Source: Bacteroidales bacterium (lineage in GTDB: Bacteria > Bacteroidota > Bacteroidia > Bacteroidales > PUMT01). Taken from it: a DNA stretch of 64,000 bases. Shown here in pieces: positions 32,079 through 41,484 of this stretch (within the stretch, counting starts at the first letter, position 1; each line of letters opens with the position of its first letter). The position numbers were made by a program, and so were the translations under genes. The notes under the pieces were generated by a model that ran no database searches, was not told the DNA's origin, and saw nothing but the letters and a program-made list of their open reading frames with translations. The stretch is taken from contig SLCF01000002.1 of the NCBI GenBank assembly GCA_007125955.1, positions 18,627 to 82,626 of the forward strand, written 5' to 3'.

Positions 32079-32630
32079 TTACCAGTTTACAAAAGCATAA
32101 TTGAAAATATCCTGTATCAGTTCGTCAATTATCTTTTCCACCAGTTGTTCCTCTACTGCATCCAGGCCTGTTGCAGCATCGTAGTCTGCATGCCTTGTAA
32201 ATGTTCTTTCAAAATCCTGTTCAGAGTCAACGGAATTGGTAAACCGCACCCTTACCGAGATGGTCAGTCTTTCCATTGAAGCCCTCTCGTCGGCACCGAC
32301 AGAAACCGGAGCAGTCCTGTAATCGGTTATTTCACCATCAAAATTGACATCTCCGATATCATTTACAAGGGTTAGCCTTGTTCTTCCCTCAAACACATCC
32401 TGCATAGTTTCGGTCAGATCCTGACTGAGATTGGGAATGCTGGTCGGTGCATTGTTCTGAAAATACTGCACAGAGATTGTTTCCAGTCTGGGTGAAATAG
32501 ATGCCCCGGTAAAAGAGTAATTTACCGAACACCCTGCAAAAATCAACAGGAACAGTCCCGTTACAATTAATCCTGTATTGCGGGCTATCCGGACTTTTTT
32601 TGTTCTCAATGTAAACCTTTCCAGTGACAT
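32079..32630 (-). CDS. lptE: LptE-family LPS assembly lipoprotein
   Basis: Lipobox FAGC then SVNYSFTGASI; RLTISVRVRF; start at ATG 32630. Confidence 0.8.
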   Translation of the reverse strand: MSLERFTLRTKKVRIARNTGLIVTGLFLLIFAGCSVNYSFTGASISPRLETISVQYFQNNAPTSIPNLSQDLTETMQDVFEGRTRLTLVNDIGDVNFDGEITDYRTAPVSVGADERASMERLTISVRVRFTNSVDSEQDFERTFTRHADYDAATGLDAVEEQLVEKIIDELIQDIFNYAFVNW

Positions 32631-32637
32631 AATAATT

Positions 32638-33861
32638 TTATTCAATGTTATACTGCCTGATTTTCCGGTAAAGAGTACGTTCTGAAATCCCAAGCTCTTC
32701 AGCTGCATGCTTTCGCCTGCCGTTGAATTTCTGCAAAGCCTTTTTAATCATCTCCATTTCTTTCTCCTGAAGCGAAAGCGATTCTTCCACAAGCTCCTCA
32801 GTATCTTCTATATTAGACTGTTCATGGTGTTTTGCTTCAAAATCCCCGTTGCCTGCCTGATCGTAAGGCTCATATGAAGAAGGATAAAGCCTTTTCAACA
32901 GCTTGGTATTGTTTTCAAATTCGGGATCTTCGGGATTTTTCCTTATAATGTCAAATACCAGTTTTTTCAGATCACTCATGTCATTTTTCATGTCAAAGAG
33001 TATCTTATAGAGGATCTCCCTGTCCGATGCAAAAGCCCTGTCATCACTGCCCCTAATTATTGCAGGCAATTTTTTATCCATATAGTCCGGAAGGTATTTG
33101 CGCAAAGTTTCGGGATCAATTTCCCTGTTCTTTTCAATTATTGAGAGCTGCTCAGTAATATTTTTCAGTTGCCTTATATTCCCCGGCCATTCAAAATTTT
33201 CAAGCATATTAAGCGCTTCGGTTGTCAGGCTTATTTCCGGCATACGGTAACGTTCTGCAAAATCGAGTGAGAACCTGCGGAAGAGCAAAATTATATCCTC
33301 TTTCCTTTCACGCAGGGGTGGAATAAGTACAGGAACGGTATTAAGCCGGTAATAGAGATCCTCCCGGAACTTGTTTTCAGCTATCGAATCAATAATATTC
33401 ACATTTGTTGCAGCAATTACCCTTACATCGGTTTTATGGACTTTTGAAGAACCCACTTTTATATATTCACCTGACTCCAGAACACGTAAAAGCCTTACCT
33501 GGGTTGCAAGAGGCAACTCCGATACCTCGTCGAGAAAAATTGTGCCTTTGTCAGCCACTTCAAAATAGCCTTTTCTGCTTTCATGCGCTCCTGTGAAAGA
33601 GCCTTTTTCGTGTCCGAACAATTCAGAATCTATCGTACCTTCAGGGATTGCACCACAGTTAACCGCTATATAAGGTCCGTGTTTCCTGGCACTGAACTGA
33701 TGTATAATCTGCGGGAACACCTCTTTACCGGTGCCGCTTTCACCTGATATAAGCACCGACAAATCGGTAGGAGCAACCCTGTATGCAACTTCGATAGCCC
33801 TGTTCAACCCGAGTGAGTTGCCGATTATCCCGAATCTCCTTTTTATTGCCTGAATATCCAT
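32638..33861 (-). CDS. Sigma54-dependent AAA+ activator with Fis-type HTH and no N-terminal sensory domain
   Basis: GESGTGKE, NCGAIP, SELFGHEKGSFTGA, FLDEV, FREDLYYRL, WPGNIRQL, LGISERTLYRK. Confidence 0.93.
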   Translation of the reverse strand: MDIQAIKRRFGIIGNSLGLNRAIEVAYRVAPTDLSVLISGESGTGKEVFPQIIHQFSARKHGPYIAVNCGAIPEGTIDSELFGHEKGSFTGAHESRKGYFEVADKGTIFLDEVSELPLATQVRLLRVLESGEYIKVGSSKVHKTDVRVIAATNVNIIDSIAENKFREDLYYRLNTVPVLIPPLRERKEDIILLFRRFSLDFAERYRMPEISLTTEALNMLENFEWPGNIRQLKNITEQLSIIEKNREIDPETLRKYLPDYMDKKLPAIIRGSDDRAFASDREILYKILFDMKNDMSDLKKLVFDIIRKNPEDPEFENNTKLLKRLYPSSYEPYDQAGNGDFEAKHHEQSNIEDTEELVEESLSLQEKEMEMIKKALQKFNGRRKHAAEELGISERTLYRKIRQYNIE

Positions 33862-34004
33862 TATAGTCAGATATTTAATTACTCCTGTGTCTCTTTACGT
33901 TTATATTTCAAGTTTGAAACGTATGACAAAATTACAATTTAAATGGTTTTTTATTTATTTTACATGGTTAAAATATCAGATATTTATCTGCAAATCTCAT
34001 AAAT

Positions 34005-34745
34005 ATGTTCATAGCAGGCATCATACCGGCACGTTTCGCATCCACCAGGCTTCCCGGAAAACCCCTTGCTATTATCAAAGGCGAACCGATGATACGCCAT
34101 GTATATGAACGTTCAATTGAAGCCCTGGATTATGTAGTTGTTGCAACTGACGACCGGCGAATAAAAGAAGCCGTTGAGCAGTTCGGGGGCAGGGTGGCAA
34201 TGACCTCTGCCGGTCACAGAAGCGGAACTGACAGATGTGCAGAAGCTGCTGCAAAGATCAGTGGACCAGGAGGAGTTATCCCCGACGTAATAATCAATAT
34301 CCAGGGCGACGAACCATTTGTCAGACCGGAACAGATCAGTCAGCTTGCTGAAGCTTTCAATGATCCTGCCGCAGAGATTGCAACCCTCATAAGGCTTGTC
34401 AAAAACAGTGATGATCTCTTCAATCCCGGCCTGCCGAAAGTGGTCTTCAACCTGCAAAAGGAGGCTCTCTATTTCAGCCGGTGGCCCCTGCCATATCTAA
34501 GGGATAAAGATGAAAACTCCTGGATTGAAAATTTCAACTTTTACAGGCATCTTGGCATGTACGGATACCGCACAAAAACCCTCATGAAGCTTGCAGATCT
34601 TCCGGCCTCCCCACTTGAATCGGCCGAATCGCTTGAACAAAACAGGTGGCTGGAGAACGGCTTTAACATTAAGGTTATTGCAACAGAATATGAATCTCTT
34701 TCGGTCGATACACCTGATGACCTGAAGAAGGCAAATGAGATGTGA
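34005..34745 (+). CDS. kdsB: 3-deoxy-manno-octulosonate cytidylyltransferase
   Basis: IIPARFASTRLPGKPL, SGTDR, NIQGDEP, YFSR, LEQNR. Confidence 0.95.
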   Translation: MFIAGIIPARFASTRLPGKPLAIIKGEPMIRHVYERSIEALDYVVVATDDRRIKEAVEQFGGRVAMTSAGHRSGTDRCAEAAAKISGPGGVIPDVIINIQGDEPFVRPEQISQLAEAFNDPAAEIATLIRLVKNSDDLFNPGLPKVVFNLQKEALYFSRWPLPYLRDKDENSWIENFNFYRHLGMYGYRTKTLMKLADLPASPLESAESLEQNRWLENGFNIKVIATEYESLSVDTPDDLKKANEM

Positions 34746-34775
34746 AATAGTGACTTACTTAACTGCTAAAAGCTT

Positions 34776-35768
34776 TTAAATGCCGGAAAGAGCTTTCAGC
34801 TCATCAGTGAAATCGATGAAAGGATATTTTTTTTCAAGTTCCATAATCTGCCTTTCAATCTGCTGCAGAAAATCCCTGTAACTTTCCGAAGAAGGGTCAA
34901 AGGGCTTGTGCCCCAGTCCCTGGAGTATTTTCTCTACTTCCCTCATAACCAGGTGGGCTTCATGCAATATGAATGTTGTTGAAAATTTTTCCCAGATATA
35001 TTCAATGGCCTGGGAATTAATATGTAACATATCTTTTTCATAAAACCTGTAATCTCTCAGGTCATCCATCACTATCTCATAAGCAGGGAAATACTGTACA
35101 AATCCAAACATTTCAATCAGTTTCTGCACTGCAAGTATAAGAACCGATTTGCTTACCTGGTTGCCGGCAGGGCCGTCTTTCCAGTGTCTTACGGGGCTTA
35201 CTGTCAGTACAATATTAATCCCCGGGTTGAATAACCTTAACTTCTCAAAGAGCTTTTTGTACCTCTCAACAATTTCCTCAATTGATAAGAGGTAACGGTC
35301 GAAATTCTTTGCAGGGAGCTTGTGGCAGTTGGAGACAACCTCTCCTGTTTCCCTGAACTCATAAACCCTTGCCGTCCCAAAAGTGATAAAGAGGTAACCC
35401 GACTTTTTCAGTGCTTCCGACCCCTTTTCTGTTGATCTGTTTATTCTCTCCAGGCACTTATCCGCGTCAGTTGAAGAAAAAGATGTGTGGTGGTTAAAGC
35501 TGTACCAGCGACCGTTATGATAATTGAGATGGTCTTTGGTGAAAAACCTTTTCTCCAAAAGTATCCGAAGACTGTTCCCGACCGATACCGGGTTATATAT
35601 TACCCCGAACGGGTTAACTTCCGCAGGGAATTTCATCCGCTTCATCTTTCCGCCTATGTTCTCGGCAAAACATGAGCCCATCCAAAGAGTTGTATCTTCG
35701 TAACCGGTTTTTATTCTGTCATCCTGCTGTGGTACATCCACTATAGTTCTGAATGATGCCATCTTCAC
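34776..35768 (-). CDS. GSCFA-domain protein
   Basis: MGSCFAENIG, NPFGVIYNP, VSNCHK, TVSPVRH, YFPAYEI, DMLH. Confidence 0.9.
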   Translation of the reverse strand: MKMASFRTIVDVPQQDDRIKTGYEDTTLWMGSCFAENIGGKMKRMKFPAEVNPFGVIYNPVSVGNSLRILLEKRFFTKDHLNYHNGRWYSFNHHTSFSSTDADKCLERINRSTEKGSEALKKSGYLFITFGTARVYEFRETGEVVSNCHKLPAKNFDRYLLSIEEIVERYKKLFEKLRLFNPGINIVLTVSPVRHWKDGPAGNQVSKSVLILAVQKLIEMFGFVQYFPAYEIVMDDLRDYRFYEKDMLHINSQAIEYIWEKFSTTFILHEAHLVMREVEKILQGLGHKPFDPSSESYRDFLQQIERQIMELEKKYPFIDFTDELKALSGI

Positions 35769-35847
35769 GATAGATTTAAAAGAGTGAAAAATTTTCTTAA
35801 ATTAAGGTTTTTTTCCGGTAAAAATATAAACAAAACAATGTCTGAAA

Positions 35848-36258
35848 ATGCAAAAAACAATAAAGATCAAAACAGTCAACCATAACGGTCTGTATGATAT
35901 AACGGAACAGGTCGCTGAAATAGTGGGACGCAGCGGTGTAAATTCCGGAATCGTATCTGTATACGCACAGGGAGCAACTGCAGCTGTAATGATCCAGGAG
36001 AGCTGGGATAACTCAATTCAGAACGACGTGATAAACCTTTTGAACAAACTTATTCCAAAAGGTGTATGGGAGCATGATTTACAGGATAATAATGGCGATT
36101 CCCACCTTAAAGCCGGGATTGTGGGACCTTCGGAAACCGTTCCCGTTATAGGAGGCAAACCCGGACTGTCAACATGGCAGAACATCTTTTTTTGCGAATT
36201 TGACGGACCGAGGGAGGTTAGGAATATTGCAGTGACAGTAATAGGCGACAGGAATTAA
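35848..36258 (+). CDS. YjbQ/UPF0047 family protein
   Basis: DITEQV, GATAAV, NGDSHLKA, STWQNIFFCEFDGPR. Confidence 0.88.
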   Translation: MQKTIKIKTVNHNGLYDITEQVAEIVGRSGVNSGIVSVYAQGATAAVMIQESWDNSIQNDVINLLNKLIPKGVWEHDLQDNNGDSHLKAGIVGPSETVPVIGGKPGLSTWQNIFFCEFDGPREVRNIAVTVIGDRN

Positions 36259-36336
36259 ACTTTCACCGGTTATACGGGTAAGATACGGCAGATTCCTTCT
36301 CTGATAAGACCGGCGGAATTTCATCTATACCGCATT

Positions 36337-37269
36337 TCAGCTTTTCAGGAACTCCAGGTTTCTTTTTACCATTTTGAATCCGCTCCTGCCTATAACCGAC
36401 CTGCCGAAAATCCGGCTGAACATTTCCTTCTCCATGTTTTGCCACTCACCTGCACTAAGTTTAAGCATTTCCGGGTGCGGTTTTAACAGAGGCTCGCTAT
36501 GAGGCACACAATTTCTGTTATAAGGGCATACATCCTGGCATATGTCGCATCCGTAAACCCTGTTCTGCATACTGCCTTTCATTTTTTCAGGAAGAGCTCC
36601 CTTGTGCTGCGTTGTCAGATATGATATGCATTTCCTGGCATCAAGCAGATACGGGGCTGTAAGGGCACCGGTGGGACAGGCATCAATGCACAGCCGGCAA
36701 TCCCCGCATTTATTCTCATCAAACGGCTTGTCCGGTGGAAGTTCAATATCTGCAACAATCTCTCCTATAAAAAAAAAGGAGCCCTTTTCGTTGGCTATCA
36801 AACAGTTGTTTTTGCCAATCCACCCAAGACCTGAACGAACAGCCCACGCCCTGTCAAGAACCGGGGCTGAATCGACAAATCCCCTGCCCTTTGTATTTCC
36901 GGCAGCTTTATTGATAATTTCAAGCAGGCGGTTGAGTTTATGTTTTATAACAAAATGGTAATCGCTCCCGTAAGCATACTTTGCAACAACAGGAGCCAGG
37001 GTATCCTTCTGAAAATCTCCGGGAAAATAGTTGTGTAATACGGAAATAACGCTTTTTGCACCTTCAAACAACCTGCGGGGATCAGCCCTTTTTTCAAAGT
37101 TTTTTTCCATGTATTGCATTCCTGCATGCATGCCGGAGGAGAGCCATTGTTCGAGCCGCTTAGCCTCATCTTCCAGAAAAGATGCACGGGAAATACCGCA
37201 TGCAGTGAAACCCAGTTCAATTGCAGCAGCTTTGATTAACCCTGCTATTTTTTTATTGTTCGGGATCAT
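36337..37269 (-). CDS. queG: Epoxyqueuosine reductase
   Basis: YAYGSDYH, VDSAPV, GWIGKN, CGDCRLCIDACP, CISY, GCDICQDVCP. Confidence 0.93.
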   Translation of the reverse strand: MIPNNKKIAGLIKAAAIELGFTACGISRASFLEDEAKRLEQWLSSGMHAGMQYMEKNFEKRADPRRLFEGAKSVISVLHNYFPGDFQKDTLAPVVAKYAYGSDYHFVIKHKLNRLLEIINKAAGNTKGRGFVDSAPVLDRAWAVRSGLGWIGKNNCLIANEKGSFFFIGEIVADIELPPDKPFDENKCGDCRLCIDACPTGALTAPYLLDARKCISYLTTQHKGALPEKMKGSMQNRVYGCDICQDVCPYNRNCVPHSEPLLKPHPEMLKLSAGEWQNMEKEMFSRIFGRSVIGRSGFKMVKRNLEFLKS

Positions 37270-37287
37270 CCGGCTCAGGAGTGATAA

Positions 37288-37611
37288 TCACATAAGTCCC
37301 AGCTCAAGCCTGGCCTCATCGCTCAACATGCTCTTGTCCCACGGTGGATCGAACACCACTTCTATTTCCAGCTCCTCAACACCCGGAATTTCCCTCAGCT
37401 TTTCATCTATTTCTTCAACCAGCTGGTCAGCCATCGGACAATTGGGTGCAGTAAGGGTCATAACCAGTTTAACCCTCTTACGGTCATCAATATTGATCTC
37501 ATAAATGAGCCCGAGATCATATATATTTACAGGCAGTTCAGGATCGTAGATCTCTTTCAGCGTTTCGACTATGATTCTTTCAGTTTCCTTATTCCTGTCT
37601 TTTTCATCCAT
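37288..37611 (-). CDS. DUF59/SufT-like Fe-S assembly protein
   Basis: IYDPELPVNIYDLGL, MTLTAPNCP, FDPPW; start at ATG 37611. Confidence 0.88.
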   Translation of the reverse strand: MDEKDRNKETERIIVETLKEIYDPELPVNIYDLGLIYEINIDDRKRVKLVMTLTAPNCPMADQLVEEIDEKLREIPGVEELEIEVVFDPPWDKSMLSDEARLELGLM

Positions 37612-37615
37612 ATCA

Positions 37616-38047
37616 TTATCCCTTTTTCTGTTCCTTCGTCTTATAGGCAAGGGCATACATTTTCATCTGCTTAACCATGGAAACAAGTCCGTTAGACCTT
37701 GTGGGGGAAAGATTCTCCTTCAGCCCGGTTTGGTCAATGAAAAAGAGATCGGAATTAACCAGCTCTTCCGGGGTGCGTCCGGACATAACCCTTATCAGAA
37801 GGGATATAATCCCCTTTGTAATTACCGCATCACTGTCAGCCGAAAAATAGATCTTGCCGTCACGGTATTCAGCATGAAGCCAGACCTTTGACTGGCAACC
37901 TTTTATCAGGTTTTCACTTGTCTTGTATTTATCCTCTATTGGCGGAAGGTCTTTGCTCAGCTCAATCAGATGGTTGTATTTATCTATCCAGTCTTCAAAA
38001 ATGTTGAACTCCTCAATTATCTCTTTCTGAACCTTTTCAATTGACAT
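37616..38047 (-). CDS. sufE: SufE sulfur acceptor
   Basis: IKGCQSKVW, ADSDA, LSPTRSNGL. Confidence 0.93.
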   Translation of the reverse strand: MSIEKVQKEIIEEFNIFEDWIDKYNHLIELSKDLPPIEDKYKTSENLIKGCQSKVWLHAEYRDGKIYFSADSDAVITKGIISLLIRVMSGRTPEELVNSDLFFIDQTGLKENLSPTRSNGLVSMVKQMKMYALAYKTKEQKKG

Positions 38048-38094
38048 AACAACTCTTTTTCATTAAAACTGTCTCCGGATGTCACTTTTGCATT

Positions 38095-39315
38095 TTAATT
38101 AAACATCTCTTTTACCTTAATAACGGCATCGTAAAGTGTATCTATCTCTCTTTTTGTATTATAGAACACAAGCGATGCCCTTATTGTTCCGCGAACCCCG
38201 AAGAAGTCCATTACAGGCTCGGCACAATGGCTGCCTGTGCGGACGGCAACGCCCATCTTGTCGATAACCATTCCTGCATCATATGGGTGGATATTTTCAA
38301 TCATAAATGATATAACGCTCGTTCTTTTCCTCGGGGTGCCAATCAGGCGCAAACCATCTATTTGCATGAGTTTTGATACAGCATATTCTGTAAGTTCCTT
38401 CTCATACCCGGCAATATTTTCCAGTCCCGTCTTCCCTACATAATCAAGCGCCGCAGCCATGGCAATTGCTCCGGTATAATTGGGAGTGCCGGCTTCAAAC
38501 TTGAAAGGAAGCTTGTTGTAGGTTGTTTTCTGAAAGGTGACGTTACTTATCATTTCTCCTCCCCCCTGCCAGGGTACCATCCTGTCAAGCCACTTCTCCT
38601 TTCCGTAAAGAACCCCGGTTCCGGTTGGGCCGTAAATCTTATGTCCGGAAAAAGCGAAGAAATCGGCATCAATTTTTTGCACATCTATCTTTTCGTGCTG
38701 AACAGATTGTGCTCCGTCAACAAGAACGGGTACATCCTGTTTGTGAGCTATCTCAATGATTCTTTCAACCGGATTGCGCGTCCCAATGGCATTGGAAACA
38801 TGAACTACAGCTACCAGGCGGGTTTTGGGCCCGATAAGTTTTTCATACTCCTCCATTATCAGCTCCCCGTCACCGTTAATTGGTATTACTTTCAGGACTG
38901 CATTTTTCCTTTCGCACAACATCTGCCAGGGGACAATATTTGAGTGGTGTTCCATTGCAGAGACTATTATTTCGTCTCCTTCTCCTACAAAACTTTCACC
39001 GAAGGAGAAAGCAACCAGGTTGACAGAACCGGTTGTCCCTGAAGTGAATATTACCTCGTGTGAATGGTTTGCATTGATAAAGCTGGCAACCTTTTCCCTG
39101 GCATTTTCATACTCTCCGGTACACAGGTCGCTTAAATGGTGTACTCCCCTGTGTATATTGCTGTTGATGGTTTTGTACACCCTCTCTATCTCTTCTATAA
39201 CCTGAACCGGTTTTTGTGTTGTTGCGGCATTATCAAGGTAGACAAAAGGCTTGTCATATACTTTCCTGTGCAATACAGGGAAGTCGTTTCTTATTTTTTC
39301 AACATCAAATTTCAA
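38095..39315 (-). CDS. sufS: Cysteine desulfurase SufS
   Basis: YLDNAATTQKP, EHHSN, SGHK, EAGTP, RTGSHCA. Confidence 0.95.
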   Translation of the reverse strand: MKFDVEKIRNDFPVLHRKVYDKPFVYLDNAATTQKPVQVIEEIERVYKTINSNIHRGVHHLSDLCTGEYENAREKVASFINANHSHEVIFTSGTTGSVNLVAFSFGESFVGEGDEIIVSAMEHHSNIVPWQMLCERKNAVLKVIPINGDGELIMEEYEKLIGPKTRLVAVVHVSNAIGTRNPVERIIEIAHKQDVPVLVDGAQSVQHEKIDVQKIDADFFAFSGHKIYGPTGTGVLYGKEKWLDRMVPWQGGGEMISNVTFQKTTYNKLPFKFEAGTPNYTGAIAMAAALDYVGKTGLENIAGYEKELTEYAVSKLMQIDGLRLIGTPRKRTSVISFMIENIHPYDAGMVIDKMGVAVRTGSHCAEPVMDFFGVRGTIRASLVFYNTKREIDTLYDAVIKVKEMFN

Positions 39316-39342
39316 AGCACCTGTTTTTTATTGTTAATGAAA

Positions 39343-40710
39343 CTAGCCACAGTTCATTGCGCAGTTGTTGCATCTTGAAAGCTCTCCGCGGAGACGTTTG
39401 TTTACCAGGTCGTCAATCCTTTTTCGCAGTGGCTTTACGTCAATACGCCCTATAACCTCGTAAGCAAATGCATACATCATCATGAGGCGCGCCTCCCTTT
39501 CCGGTATGCCCCTTGAGCGCATGTAAAAGAGTGCGTTATCATCCAGCTGTCCCACAGTGGATCCGTGACTGCATTTTACATCGTCGGCATATATCTCAAG
39601 CTGCGGACGTGAATTTATTCTGGCGTCATCTGTAAGGAGGATATTGTTGTTTGCCTGGTATGCATTGGTTTTCTGGGCGTTTTCCCTCACAAGGATTATC
39701 CCGTTGAAAGAGCCAGATGCCTGGTCATCCAAAACACCCTTGAACAGCTGGTTACTTTGGCACCCCGGCATGGCATGGTCAATCCGGACAAAATTGTCAA
39801 TATACTGCTTTTTGTCTGTCAGATAAAGCCCAAGAGCATTATTCTCACAGCCTTCCTCATCCAGTCTTGCAGAAATATTATTTCTTATAAACCCTCCGTG
39901 AAGTGATATAGTGTTGGTAAACACACTGCTTTCCTTTTTCTGTTTAATAAATGTATGCGAAATCTGGGCAGATCCGTTATGTTCATTCTGGATCTTGGAA
40001 AGGCTAAAATTTGCCCCTGCAGCAGCATGTATTTCAGTTACACTGTTTGTCAGAAAACTGCTTGCAGAAAGGGTGTGGTCACATACAACCAACTTGGCAC
40101 TGCTGTTCTCCTCTGCAATGATAAGACTCCTGTGCTGGGCCATCAGGTCGGTTTCATGTATCATTATGTTGACTACCTGAAGAGGTTTTTTAAGAACTGC
40201 TCCTTCAGGCATGTAGATAAATACCCCGTCCTGGGAAAATGCCGTGTTCATTGCAACCAGTCCGTCATCACTCTCCCCTGCCATAGAATTGTAATACTTC
40301 CCCACGAGGTCGGGCATTTTGGCAGCAGCTTCAGCCATGCTGCCGGCAATTATGCCTCCTTCAAGCTCTATGAGAGGCTTTTTGGGATTGTAATATTTCC
40401 CGTTTACAAGAAGGATCAGGTTGGTGTCAAGATCGGGTATATCGCAATTGAAAATATCAAGTATATTAAAAGAGACTTTGTTAACGCTGAAAGAGTGGGC
40501 AAGGTCTTTATCAAACAAGCTTTCAATCCGGGCATAACGGTAATCCTCGCTTTTATCCGAAGGCAGTCCCAGCTGCCGAAAATGCTCAAGGGCTTCCCCC
40601 CTGAACCTGTTCATAAGCGGCGCGGAACCGGAATCGATCCGGTCCCTGTTTTCCCGGAAAATAGTAATAAAATCACCTTTTATATCCTTTTTATCCTTTA
40701 CGGCACTCAT
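39343..40710 (-). CDS. sufD: Fe-S cluster assembly protein SufD
   Basis: AQKTNAYQ, PQLEIYADDVKCSHG, FYMRSRGI; ATG 40710 overlaps the sufC stop (ATGA). Confidence 0.93.
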   Translation of the reverse strand: MSAVKDKKDIKGDFITIFRENRDRIDSGSAPLMNRFRGEALEHFRQLGLPSDKSEDYRYARIESLFDKDLAHSFSVNKVSFNILDIFNCDIPDLDTNLILLVNGKYYNPKKPLIELEGGIIAGSMAEAAAKMPDLVGKYYNSMAGESDDGLVAMNTAFSQDGVFIYMPEGAVLKKPLQVVNIMIHETDLMAQHRSLIIAEENSSAKLVVCDHTLSASSFLTNSVTEIHAAAGANFSLSKIQNEHNGSAQISHTFIKQKKESSVFTNTISLHGGFIRNNISARLDEEGCENNALGLYLTDKKQYIDNFVRIDHAMPGCQSNQLFKGVLDDQASGSFNGIILVRENAQKTNAYQANNNILLTDDARINSRPQLEIYADDVKCSHGSTVGQLDDNALFYMRSRGIPEREARLMMMYAFAYEVIGRIDVKPLRKRIDDLVNKRLRGELSRCNNCAMNCG

Positions 40711-41459
40711 GATTCGGCTTCCTCCTTTATCCACTCGTAACCCTTCTCCTCAAGCAGCAGTGCCAGGTCTTTCCCGCCCGATTTCACAAGGCGTCCGTCG
40801 TACAGCACATGCACAAAATCCGGTATAATATAGTCGAGAAGGCGCTGGTAATGGGTAATTACAATACTTGCAGTCTCTTTTGACTTGAGTTGGTTCACAC
40901 CATTGGCAACTATCCGCAGAGCATCGATATCAAGCCCCGAGTCGGTTTCATCTAATATTGCAAGCCTTGGTTCAAGCATGGCCATCTGGAAAATCTCGTT
41001 CTTCTTTTTTTCACCGCCGGAAAATCCTTCATTTACAGAACGGTTTGTAAGGGAGGAATGAATTTCAACCAGTTCCTTCTTTTCCCTCATCATCTTCAGA
41101 AAGTCGGAAGCCGACAACGGTTTCTGTCCCCTGTGTTTGCGGAGTTCGTTAACTGCGGTCTTCAGAAAGTTGACCATGCTAACCCCCGGTATTTCAATAG
41201 GATATTGAAACCCGAGGAATAACCCTTCCTTTGCACGCTGTTCGGGAGATTTTTCCAGCAGGTCCTCTCCGTTATATAAAACTTTTCCGCCTGTTACCCT
41301 GAACATGTCCCGTCCGGCAAGAACTGCTGCCAGTGTGCTTTTGCCCGATCCGTTGGGCCCCATTATTGCATGCACCTCACCTGCTTTTACTTCAAGGTTG
41401 AGCCCCTTTATTATCTCCTGGTCTTCTATTTCTACCCTAAGGTCTTTTATCTTCAGCAT
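40707..41459 (-). CDS. sufC: Fe-S cluster assembly ATPase SufC
   Basis: GPNGSGKST, FQYPIEIPGV, NEGFSGGEKK, LDETDSGLD. Confidence 0.96.
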   Translation of the reverse strand: MLKIKDLRVEIEDQEIIKGLNLEVKAGEVHAIMGPNGSGKSTLAAVLAGRDMFRVTGGKVLYNGEDLLEKSPEQRAKEGLFLGFQYPIEIPGVSMVNFLKTAVNELRKHRGQKPLSASDFLKMMREKKELVEIHSSLTNRSVNEGFSGGEKKKNEIFQMAMLEPRLAILDETDSGLDIDALRIVANGVNQLKSKETASIVITHYQRLLDYIIPDFVHVLYDGRLVKSGGKDLALLLEEKGYEWIKEEAES

Positions 41460-41484
41460 ATTTGCAATTTTATCTTTATTGATT

